Below are positions 42,190 to 55,201 of a stretch of DNA of 64,000 nucleotides, piece by piece. The notes beneath the pieces were generated by a model. That model saw only the letters and a program-made list of their open reading frames with translations. It did no database searches and was not told the origin of the DNA. Position 1 is the stretch's first letter; every line of letters starts with the position of its first letter. This DNA is from Octopus sinensis. Taxonomy: Eukaryota. The DNA lies in assembly GCF_006345805.1 (NCBI RefSeq), contig NC_043010.1:42470001-42534000 (forward strand), written 5' to 3'. Both the position numbers and the translations under genes were made by a program.

Positions 42190-43130
42190 TTTAATAAAGC
42201 TACCTTTAGCTTCAACAACTGCTTTTATATAAGATCTAAATCATCGACATGCTCGAATCAAGTGGTCCTGGTTAATTTTGAACATTACTCTAACTACGGC
42301 AGCTTTCGAAGAATCTTTGATGTTATGGGCGTGTTCATTGACCTCTCTCTCGACAACGCTGAACATGCAATAGTCCAATGGATTGAGATCTGGGGAATTA
42401 GGAGGCCAACTGTTACGGGTTATGTGATCATGAAAATTTTCAGCCACCCATTACTGTGTTACTAGAGCCATGTGTGGTAATGCTGAGTCTTGTTGAGATA
42501 CATATGGCCTTCCAGTGCATACACTTTCTATCCAGGGCTTAACAATTATTTCCAGGACCTCAATGTAGGCAGCAGAGTTAAGTCTAAGGCCTTGTGGAAA
42601 GAAATAAGGAGGCATCACATATCCTTCATTGCTGACAACTCCTAAAAGCATGACAGTTGCAGGGAATTTTGTATGCATAACGCTTGGGTTTGCACATGAC
42701 CAGCTGCCATTTCTTCTGTCAACTTTTTGATCTTGGTTGAAGTTTTCTCGATTGAGAAAAACCAAATCAAATCTTCTTCTGCTGGATTTTTCAGTTTGTT
42801 TAAGAGCCTTTTAGATCTTATGTAGTGATTTTCTTTTGCTTTTTCTGACAAATTGATCTTTCCTCATCATATAAGACTTACATCTGATGTCTTCGTGGTC
42901 AACAGTTCTGATTCATCCCATCACCAACCACACCCTCTTAGTAAATATTCCCTATACCATGATGGTCCTATTTTACTCCTTTCCAATGGACGTAAGACCA
43001 ATGAACTAAAAAAATATTTTTCTCTTCCTTCGTTCCAACCCAAACAATTTCGTTCCGACTTTTTACAACGACTGTAAAACATGTAAACTGAATGTGACAC
43101 ACCATACCATTCCTTTCAGCCTTCACTGAT
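42190..43130 (-). pseudogene. DD37D (maT-type) transposase pseudogene
   Basis: WFFS(D)E...QQDSA..PH...WPPNSPDLNPLDY; 37 residues between the second and third Asp (counted across one in-frame stop at 42451-53); frameshift near 42760. Confidence 0.9.
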
Positions 43131-43202
43131 GATAGCTGGGATTTTTCTCAACTCCTAGCACGTTATGAAAATATAATATAATATAATATAATATAATATA
43201 AT

Positions 43203-43416
43203 ATTGGTTTCAGTTTTTCGGCACAAGGCCAGCAATTTCCGGTGGTAGGGGTTAAGTCGATTATATCTCAGTGCTCAACTGGTACTTATTTTATCAATCC
43301 TGAAAGGATGAAAGGCGAAATCGACCTTGGCAGAATTTGGCCTCAAAACATAAAGCCGTAAGAAATGCCGCTAAGCATTTTATCCGGCGAGCTAATGACT
43401 CTGCCAACTTGCTGCC
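43203..43416 (-). mobile_element. Diverged SINE family A
   Basis: Head, core and GAAACCAAT-type tail. Confidence 0.85.
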
Positions 43417-43721
43417 TTAATATTATATTAATAATACTATACGCATATTTACACACTCGTACACACATACAAACACACACATACACATACATACATATAT
43501 ACATATGTGCATATATATATAATGATATGTAATTTTAAGACTCAAGGATCAAGGTGTAGGAAGTCAGTAAGCTTCGAGCAGTCCGTAGTAAGTATAAAAA
43601 ACAATTTTGAAGAACAATAATAGTTTATTGGTGCAGAAGGCTGTAGGTTTTTCCCCATATCGGAGTTCGATAAGCTGAAAAATGTTATTCTATAGTTCAC
43701 GATTAGCATCTAGGGTTGCTA

Positions 43722-44042
43722 TGAATGCGAATAAAAATCCAAATTGAAGGAATGGAACAGGTAAAATCCAGGCTACATATGTTTCCTAGCTAGCAGAACC
43801 TCGGAAGTAACAATTACTGAACGAGGGTTACTCCACTAGAAACCCGATGGGCCGAAGATAACTTAATTAAATGAAGGTTACTTTGTCGTTAAGGAATCCC
43901 AAGTTAACTCACCGGAGATAGATAGTAGGGTACCTCTCGTTGAGTAATTGTTACTTCCGATGTTCTGGTAGCTAGAAAAAAACATATGTAGCATGAATTT
44001 TACCTGCTCCATTCCATCAATTTAGATTATTATTCGCATTCT
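43722..44042. mobile_element. MITE-like foldback, ~105-bp imperfect arms around a ~100-bp spacer, TA-flanked
   Basis: Arms 43723-43827 and 43933-44041 are inverted copies, about 85-90% identical by eye. Confidence 0.82.
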
Positions 44043-44057
44043 TATATATACATATAT

Positions 44058-44092
<35 letters not shown>

Positions 44093-44233
44093 CAGACACA
44101 GATAGTGTGTCGTTAGCCAGCTGGATAAAAACAACAGTAGCATCGTCCCCTATAGGACCGCCACATCTAGTTGGCAATTATATTTTACGATTCCGTACTG
44201 CAACTGTTTACTACTCGCTCAAAGATTTAATAT

Positions 44234-44265
<32 letters not shown>

Positions 44266-44699
44266 TAATAGGAATAAATACTTCGTAAATATCACGATAT
44301 TTCTTAGCCAAGGGCTTAATGAACAAAAAAAATTCAACTGCAAAGAGATAACATATATTGAAAAAATTACTTTAAAGAACTGAGACGTGAAAAAAATAAA
44401 ATACGGTATATTTATGAGCTAAATACACTCGTATACTTTATGAATTTTTATGGATATGCATCTATGTTTCTGACATCAATGAGTTGATAAATTATCTATA
44501 CACAATAGGTGGTTATCAGTAGACAAAATGAAAGCTATAAAAGAGGTTTATCGTTTTTGTCCACGCTGGTTTGGCCACAAATGTGAGGCCAATATTTAAT
44601 GTTAAATTTTGAGTGTTGGGCACTTCTATTACAAAGATTTAAACATGGAAAGTGGTGTGTGTGTGAGAGAGAGAGAGAGAGAGTGTGTGTGTGTGTGTG

Positions 44700-47070
44700 T
44701 GTGTGTGTACATGTGTGTAGATATATCAGTTTCATACTTACATGTACACAAATGTAGATCGATAGATCGTTAGCCACTACACACATTTTTTTCTCTCCTT
44801 GTTTTTTCTGTGTCCCTTTCTGTAGAAGAGCGTAGGCGCGAAACGTAAAAGACTTTTTCCGATCCTGGGCGTTATACTAATACATCTGTTTGTTTTGTAC
44901 ACAACCTGTCTTCGTCTTTTGTTTTGTTTTGTTTTTTCGTAAACTCTCCCTATATACTATATAACTTTAGGTTAATTCTGTTTTCAAACTGGCTTCCCTT
45001 CCTCCACCATGATATCTAGCCTCAACTTCAAACTTTTAAACACAACTTAAGGAATTATCTGATGCTCTTAAAGGAGACTCCAGTTACCCAATTTATCCGT
45101 TCATTTTAATTTCTAAATGCTCTAATTTCACTTTGGGAATGAAATCAATTCTAAATAGGAAATCAATTTTTTATGTGAAATCGATTCCCAAGGAAAACAT
45201 TGCCGCAAACACATCGATTTAGTCAGACTTGTATTTAGCCGTGTCTCCTATGGTTTTCAAGTGTTTATATCTCTCTTATAAACTTGTTTACTATTCTTCT
45301 TTAATCTTTTAATCGTGTACGAAAGAACTGCCATGTTCCCAAAATTAAAACGATCATTCCTATCAAACTGAAATTCACAATTCCTCTCAGATGTCTCGTT
45401 ATTCCTCCAGAAAAATTCTTTGGCACTTTTTGAAACTCCTTTATGTATGACTAGCTGACTGATGGCGGTTTGGAAAACACCAGACGTTTAGAAATCAGCT
45501 AATCGTGATATATCCAGATGACTTCTACTACAAACCTCAATATTTGCTATTAAACTATTTGTGGTGAAAGCGATGCATACATTGATATCTTTGCCAACAA
45601 ATTTCATTCTCTCGCTCTCTCCCTCCCTCTCGCCCTTTCTCGATATATATATATATACAATCATGCACACATGTTGTACGCATACGTGGGGTGGTTATAT
45701 ATATGTATGTATGTATATACGTGTGTATATATATATAGAATCATTCTGGTCTTTGGCCAAATGCATATCGATTAATTTTCATTCCTACAGTACTCTTTTA
45801 TCTTTTTTCACCTTATTATCTCTCTCCTACAGTCTCTTCCTCCAGACCAAACTCATATATTTGTGTGTGTGTGTGTGGTGTGTGTGTGTGTGTACATGTG
45901 TGTAGATATATCAGTTTCATACTTACATGTACACAAATGTAGATCGATAGATCGTTAGCCACTACACACATTTTTTTCTCTCCTTGTTTTTTTCTGTGTC
46001 CCTTTCTGTAGAAGAGCGTAGGCGCGAAACGTAAAAGACTTTTTCCGATCCTGGGCGTTATACTAATACATCTGTTTGTTTTGTACACAACCTGTCTTCG
46101 TCTTTTGTTTTGTTTTGTTTTTTCGTAAACTCTCCCTATATACTATATAACTTTAGGTTAATTCTGTTTTCAAACTGGCTTCCCTTCCTCCACCATGATA
46201 TCTAGCCTCAACTTCAAACTTTTAAACACAACTTAAGGAATTATCTGATGCTCTTAAAGGAGACTCCAGTTACCCAATTTATCCGTTCATTTTAATTTCT
46301 AAATGCTCTAATTTCACTTTGGGAATGAAATCAATTCTAAATAGGAAATCAATTTTTTATGTGAAATCGATTCCCAAGGAAAACATTGCCGCAAACACAT
46401 CGATTTAGTCAGACTTGTATTTAGCCGTGTCTCCTATGGTTTTCAAGTGTTTATATCTCTCTTATAAACTTGTTTACTATTCTTCTTTAATCTTTTAATC
46501 GTGTACGAAAGAACTGCCATGTTCCCAAAATTAAAACGATCATTCCTATCAAACTGAAATTCACAATTCCTCTCAGATGTCTCGTTATTCCTCCAGAAAA
46601 ATTCTTTGGCACTTTTTGAAACTCCTTTATGTATGACTAGCTGACTGATGGCGGTTTGGAAAACACCAGACGTTTAGAAATCAGCTAATCGTGATATATC
46701 CAGATGACTTCTACTACAAACCTCAATATTTGCTATTAAACTATTTGTGGTGAAAGCGATGCATACATTGATATCTTTGCCAACAAATTTCATTCTCTCG
46801 CTCTCTCCCTCCCTCTCGCCCTTTCTCGATATATATATATATACAATCATGCACACATGTTGTACGCATACGTGGGGTGGTTATATATATGTATGTATGT
46901 ATGTATATACGTGTGTATATATATATAGAATCATTCTGGTCTTTGGCCAAATGCATATCGATTAATTTTCATTCCTACAGTACTCTTTTATCTTTTTTCA
47001 CCTTATTATCTCTCTCCTACAGTCTCTTCCTCCAGACCAAACTCATATATTTGTGTGTGTGTGTGTGTGT
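44700..47070 (+). repeat. Near-perfect tandem duplication, period 1185-1186 bp, bounded by (TG)n
   Basis: Identical ORFs at 45488..45670 and 46674..46856; the only differences noticed are a T-run length and one GTAT unit. Confidence 0.96.
44816..44851 (+). ncRNA. Minimal hammerhead-like motif in a pLTR-like repeat (duplicate at 46002-46037)
   Basis: CTTT-CTGTAGA-A-GAGC-GTAG-GCGC-GAAA-CGT-A-AAAG; the core has A6>U and stem II has one mismatch. Confidence 0.55.
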
Positions 47071-47509
47071 GTGTGTGTCTGTGTGTGCGTGTGTGTGCGT
47101 AAGTATGCATGCATGAATGTATGTATGTATGTATGTATGTGTGTATATATGTATGTTTCCTAAATACTCCCTCATTTCTCAGTTCGTATCCAACGACCTC
47201 AAATACGATACATCAAACAAATCCATTACTAACTACACATAATCTATCATTCTACCGTCTTGTTGAAACTATATACACCACAAGTAGGTTATACATTACC
47301 ATCAGAGATACAGCGAGAGAGCCTCTTATCTGAAATAACAGCCAAATGTCCCTCAAAATCATACCCTATCGTTTTATATAAGAGGAGGATACATCAGGGG
47401 GTATAGTCCGACGCATATCAAAAAGAACAAGTTGGTCGTGACTGGAAAGCCTTTGGTCATTGAGTTTCTTGATCAAGGCTAACCTAGAGCTAAACTAGAA
47501 GAATCTTAC

Positions 47510-47783
47510 CATCATCAGCATCACTAAAACCTCCCATGTTGATAAACCGAGTATCAATAATATTGAAGATGTGGTCGACTATTGCTTTCATCTTTCTGGA
47601 AGATGGTCGATAAAGTCCCAGTTGATTACTGGAGTAGATATAATTCATAACAGCAATTCCTCGCCTTTGTTGCAAGGTGTATTTGTCACTTGAGTTGAGC
47701 TGATCAATGGCGTATGCGTTGCCATCGCAGAAGGCGATGCCTTTATTAACATTGTGTAGTGTATAGATGGATGTCGATGTTGG
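47510..47783 (-). CDS. Candidate internal coding exon of an unidentified gene
   Basis: Acceptor TTCTCACAG (alternative GCTTCAG gives start 47795), donor G|GTAAGA; 91 open non-repetitive codons PTSTSIYTLHNVNKGIAFCDGNAY...KAIVDHIFNIIDTRFINMGGFSDADD; higher GC than the flanks. Confidence 0.45.
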
Positions 47784-48661
47784 CTGTGAGAATAACTGAA
47801 GCAAACGAACGTTTAACTTGATATTTATTGTCGGACATTATGATATATGGTGTTGACTATTTACAATAAATAACATTAATTGTTGCCAAATGAGAGAAGA
47901 GAAAAACTGCTCCGAAAATATAGAAAGTTATCTGTGTTGACATCATGTGGTCAGTCCAAAAAACAACCCGAAGGCATTTACGCAACTCCCCGAAGCGGTA
48001 TGTGGTGTCAGCGGCCCGTGGGTTGTCTGCCTTAATTTATGTACGAAACGGTTTTTATAGGGGACAAGGGGTTAAATTCTGAAACAATCAAGAAAACAGT
48101 GTCACTCCACAGTTTCACGCTAATTGATAGATTTATAGATCAATCACCTAAAACTGTGATAGCTCGCTTGTGATGCTTGACCAAGTACCTAGCGGTTTGG
48201 ATTCGAATCGCCGCTACACCATCAACCAATGCCAGAAATCAATATCTTGATGGGCTACAATGCATTTCACTTTAACTCATTCTGAACAATTTGATTTTAA
48301 CTTCATTAGAATGAATTGATATTCTATCTTTTCAGGTCATATTACTTTTTGGGGGTACTAACCTATTTGTTTCGCCTATTAGAAGCCATTCTTAGACATT
48401 ACTGAAAATATCGTAGGCACAAGCGTGGCTGTGTAGCAAAAATTTCGCTTCCCAACCACTTGAACAAGGGTCTTCTACTAATTCCCCGGACCGACCAAAG
48501 TTTTCAGTTGGTGAGTTTATATTCACATAAATGAAATTATATTTCCTAATAATAATTACTATATAGTTGAATATGATACTCAGCAATCTAAAGCTGGAGC
48601 AGAAGCAAATGTGATCAACTATTAAAGCTCGATATCCTCCATCCTCGTGTTGTATTATTCT

Positions 48662-48728
<67 letters not shown>

Positions 48729-48789
48729 TGTGTAGTGGATCTTACAAGTATGAAGTGGATTCGATCCACCATAGCCAAATTCAAATTAA

Positions 48790-49110
48790 CACTGCAACAG
48801 AACTCAATGGAGTTCGGACTGAGAAATTGTGATGTGTTAGTCTTGAAGACAGGCAAAATCAAGTGTATGGACAGGGTACCGATACTGTCGGGGGAGGTTA
48901 TGAAACAGATAGAAGAGACCGGCTATAAGTACTTGGGGATTTTGGAAATGGATAAATTGATGGAGAAAGAAATGACAGAAAAATTTAAGGAGTACTTGCG
49001 CAGACTGAGACTGATCCTTAAGTCGAAATTAAATGGACGGAATAAGATTGAAGCTATCAAAACCTAGGCAGTTTCACTCCTTAAATAATGAGCCTAGGTT
49101 ATCGCATGGA
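48790..49110 (+). mobile_element. R4/Dong-type LINE RT fragment
   Basis: MEFGLRNCDVLVLKTGK...GYKYLGILEMDK...YLRRLRLILKSKLNGRNKIEAIKT*AVSLL. Confidence 0.88.
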
Positions 49111-51049
49111 CAGTAGGCAAACTCAGCCCTCAACTAATTTGAGAACCGAAATCATCTTCCTCCTATAAGTCCTGCCACCACCTAACAACTTGACATTTGT
49201 ATCCTCACTATCACCATCATCATCATCATCATTACAACAATTCCTACTTTGTTCCCATGTAGCAACATGAAAAAAACAGCGATTGTCTACTATTGGCAAA
49301 CTTTCAACCCCCATAACATTCATGCATAGAAGATAACTAGACAAACAGAACATATCGTCGTGTGGTTTGAAAACTCTCTCATATCTCCAAAATGAGCAAG
49401 GTTTCGCATCCCAACTAAACAAACAAAATAAATCTCCCTCAAATTACAACCTACTGTCTGGAAAATAAGAGTTAAATTTTATGATATCGTCTTAAGTATG
49501 CAATATTCGAGAGAAGAAAGGGGTCGTTATTACTGAAGTGCATTTGATCAAGGTAGTCCTCGGTCAGGACTGACCTGAGGGTAATCAATAACTTCAATGG
49601 AGACGTCTAGGTACGTAACTCACATCTGTATAAAGCTACAACTAGTTCTCAAGTATCAACATATGAAAATGTATTTACTGCTGCCTCCATCTCTTCCAAC
49701 AAGACACACTAGTCACAAGTGTAGATTTCGTAAAGTGACAGTAACTAAAGACTTTATTTCCTTGCCCGAAATCTTAGATATTATCAAAGACTTGCACCAT
49801 GTTACATCTCTTGGATTATGAGTTTCATCTCAAAAAGATTCATTGCAAAATCTCTCGACATAACATTTTCCACCCAAAATTCTAACAACTCTGCATGTCT
49901 CAAGGCGTTCCTCTCTAACGATACATATTCCTGCATAGAGGATATAACCCTTCAATCTTCCTTAAACTTTCGCATACATGAGTCATCTGTACGCCAATTA
50001 GACACACCAGATTCACTGAACTTCTGTATCAGAAAACATTCTCCAAGGACTAGGTTTCATCTCAGGATAGAAAATTCTTCAGCCCAGAAAATTTTCTGAT
50101 CCACGTTAGTGGACTGTCCCCATACCTGGGGCAGTGCTATTAATGGTTACTGAAACCTTCTAGACTGTATCAAAAGGAAACTGGAGTGAAGTATATCCAG
50201 ATGATTGATTTGAAACCTCGTCCTTGATATGTATCGTATGGCTTCTCTGTTGGGATAGTTCAATATTACTTTCAATAGAATCCCAATGGCCTGCTTTCGG
50301 TACAATAGTAAGACCGGTGTCTTACAATTTCTAGGCTCATTTCATATATTTTCCGGTTAGTTAGAACTGGAAAGTTACATGCCTGGATTCGTGTAAGTGG
50401 CTTCTTACTAGCCTTTAACGACGAGAGTCCTAAAAATATTGATAAACTTTCCATTGTAATGAGAATATATCTATATTCTACCAAGTGATTAAATGATTCG
50501 TTTATTTCACAACTGCATTATGAAACGTTTTTATTAGGTTTGCCTGGTAGTTATTGGTGAACAAGAATTCTTCGTCTACAGTTTCTGCTTTGAATACAGT
50601 CCAGCATAGGTTAAAATTTATCCACTTCAGTTTTATTGGCGCCTAAAGATTGTCTGTCTAAGAGGTTTCACCCCTCAGTAACATTTCAGTTGTAATAATT
50701 CTTATTTGACATATATTTGATGTAATGAGGTGAGGTCGGTATTTGAAATTTGTCGTCTTTATTTCGAGTTCTTTCAAATATTCTTCAACCCTTTGGTTTT
50801 CGCCGTATCTCACCAATTCTGTCATTCAATCATCCCTCATGACCATTTACTTACATTCAGCAATCAAAGTGGTTTATGTGCCAGTATTAAACTAGTTGAA
50901 GTGAGTGGTCAATTTAATCTCTCACCAACCGCCATTTGGCCTTTGGTACCTTTAGCAAACTCCACTTAGTTGAAATCTTCAGGTCCGCTTTCTAGTCTGA
51001 CGATAAATGCCTCTTTTCCTTTTGCCGGTCATGAAGACTCTAAAGATGA

Positions 51050-51400
51050 TTATTATTCTGTCCGTTTAATTTCAGCTTAAGGATCAGTCTCAGTCTGCGC
51101 AAGTACTCCTTAAATTTTTCAGTCATTTCTTTCTCCAACAATTTATCCATTTCCAAAATACTCCCAATACTTATAGCCCGTCTCTTCTATCTGCTTCATA
51201 ATCTCCTCCGACAGTATCGATAGCCTGCCCATACATTTGATTTTTGCCTGTCTTCAAGACTAACACATCACACTTTCTCAGTCCGAACTCCATTCTGATA
51301 TCAGCACTGAAGGTATGCACCGTATCAACGAGGGAACTGACTTGGGTTTCTTCGTCTGGCTAAACCATTCAAAAAAAAATCGTCTGCCCACGTCTTTTCT
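51050..51400 (-). mobile_element. R4/Dong-type LINE RT fragment, inverted partner of 48790-49110
   Basis: LIDTVHTFSADIRMEFGLRKCDVLVLKTG...EYLRRLRLILKLKLNG. Confidence 0.88.
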
Positions 51401-52539
51401 CAGCAAATACATTTGGTTGCCGTCATCACCATCATAATCATCATCAACAACAAGAGTAACAGCAGCAGCAGCAGCATCAGTGTAATCATCTTCATCATAA
51501 ATCTGTGTGACTGATTTCTCTTGAACATTGTTGGAGATGTTGAGATGTTTTCCAATTTTCAAAATATTCCTATTGTTATGTCGTTATCTGTTATACTGGA
51601 TGCAGCGCTTGTTAGAAGGAGGAGGAGGAGGAGGGGGAGGGGGCTCTTTCTCAGCTGCTTCTGCTTCTTTCACTAACCACCTCTTCGTCTTTTTTCACCT
51701 TCTTGTCTCTTATTTTTTTTTTTATTACTTTCACTTTCACATTCATTTTCTCTCCAATAGAAAGACTGGTAATTTACTTGCATTTTACATAATTTTTATT
51801 GTCGTCGTCGTCATCGTTGTTGTCGTTGTTGTTGTTGTTGTTGTTGTTCAAGTATTTACTATTTCTTCTCTGTTTATTTACCATCGATTTTCGTGAAGAA
51901 AAATTGATGGAAATACGCTAAGAACATATTAAAAAGAAAAAGAAAAACAAAATGAAATTGCAAAAACAGTGAAAGTAGAAAATTTGAGAGTGGAGAGTGT
52001 GAGCGAGGGAGGGGAGAAAGCAAATTATCTTTTACTCTAACTTGAAAAATGGCTTCCAAGGTTTATCTATGAGCTTCACTTCAGGCATTAATTTTCTCTT
52101 GACTGGTTCTACAAGTGGAGTTAAGGCTAACAACACGCACACCTGTACCTACATGCTGTTATATTAGGCATCTGTTCAGCTGGAGATGCTTGCTACAGTA
52201 TTGTACACAGTTATTGTATACGGGCGTGTGAGCAGATAGACGTTACCTGTACAGAATATACTGTATGCTTATTTACAGGTGTGCATTAAGGAATGAGAGT
52301 GTAATGGTACGTGAGCCAGCGTGAGCAGTGAAGTACACTTGCTCTTACTTACAACGAAGCAATTATCTTCTGCTAGTAAATGTCCTAGCTTGATAAATTT
52401 TCGAATATGTTTCAACTATGTGCTTGTGACTGCATGTTTAGATTCATCCAAATGCAAATACCATTCAGATGTGTTAATGTCTGCATATACAAGGTCGTTA
52501 GCACTTTTCACTTTGCAAACCCCTTCTGTCTCCCCCTCT

Positions 52540-52953
52540 TATTTCTTTACTGCCCACAAGGGGCTATACACAGAGGGGACAAACAAGGACAGACAAACGG
52601 ATTAAGTCGATTACATCGACCCCAGTGCGTAACTGGTACTTATTGAATCGATCGCGAAAGGATGAGAGGCAAAGTCGACCTCGGCGGAATTTGAACTCAG
52701 AACGCAGCGGCGGACGAAATACCTATTTCTTTACTACCCACAAGGGGCTAAACATAGAGGGGACAAACAAGGACAGACAAAGGGATTAAGTCGATTACAT
52801 CGACCCAGTGCGAAACTGGTACTTTATTTATCGACCCCGAGAGGATGAAAGGCAAAGTCGACCTCGGTGGAGTTTGAACTCAGAACGTAAAGACAGACGA
52901 AATACCGCTAAGCATTTCGCCCGGCGTGCTAACGTCTCTGCCAGCTCGCCGCC
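52540..52953 (-). mobile_element. SINE family A dimer
   Basis: Same junction as the dimers at 21.0 and 28.5 kb (52716-52729). Confidence 0.93.
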
Positions 52954-52959
52954 TTGTGT

Positions 52960-53010
<51 letters not shown>

Positions 53011-53204
53011 CAATTTTAATTCCCGACTTCACTTTTATTTGCTGGTGAACGTTTATCAATCACATTTAAATTAATTATATATTTTTTTTTATATCAAATA
53101 ATAATTTAAATAATTATCTTCGTGTTTTAACCGTTGAAACAGATGTAGAACTTAAAATGTAATTATGCAACATCTGTGAAATCTTTATTCTCTTACGCCA
53201 CGCG

Positions 53205-53481
53205 CACACACACAGTGTGTGTGCGTATGTGCGTGTGTGTGCGTGTGCGTGTGTGTGTGTGTGTTGTGTGTGTGTGTGTGTGCGCGTGTGTGTGTGTGCG
53301 TGTACGTGTGTGTGTGTGCGTGTACGTGTGTGTGTGTGTGTATGTGTGTGTGTGTGAGCGTGTGTGTGTGTGTGTACGTGTGTGTGTGTGTATGTGTGTG
53401 TGTGCGTGTGTGTGTGTGTGCGCGTGTGTGTGTGTGTGTGGTGTGTGTGTGTGCGCGCGTGCGTGTGTGTGTGGTGTGCGC

Positions 53482-53572
<91 letters not shown>
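53205..53572 (+). repeat. Long interrupted (TG)n/(CG) array
   Basis: Direct reading. Confidence 0.97.
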
Positions 53573-53573
<1 letters not shown>

Positions 53574-53770
53574 TTCATCATTGCAAATACTGAAATAACA
53601 GGAACTTGATGTCTGTTTAAAACAAAAGGTTAATATATCTCTTCTCATTTCTTACTAGATGTCAGCATTATTTCATAATATTCTAAATTACCCATTATAC
53701 ATACATACATACATAAATGTTCGTGGTTACCTACTATATACATATACATATGTATGCACACGCTGTATAT

Positions 53771-55201
<1,431 letters not shown>

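Noticed and set aside
49820-50500. Possible L1/Tx1 C-terminal relic; similarly possible transposase relic at 56040-56600 and GIY-YIG-like LEAIEIKK at 3650-3750
   Set aside because: Too degenerate to assign without a profile search.
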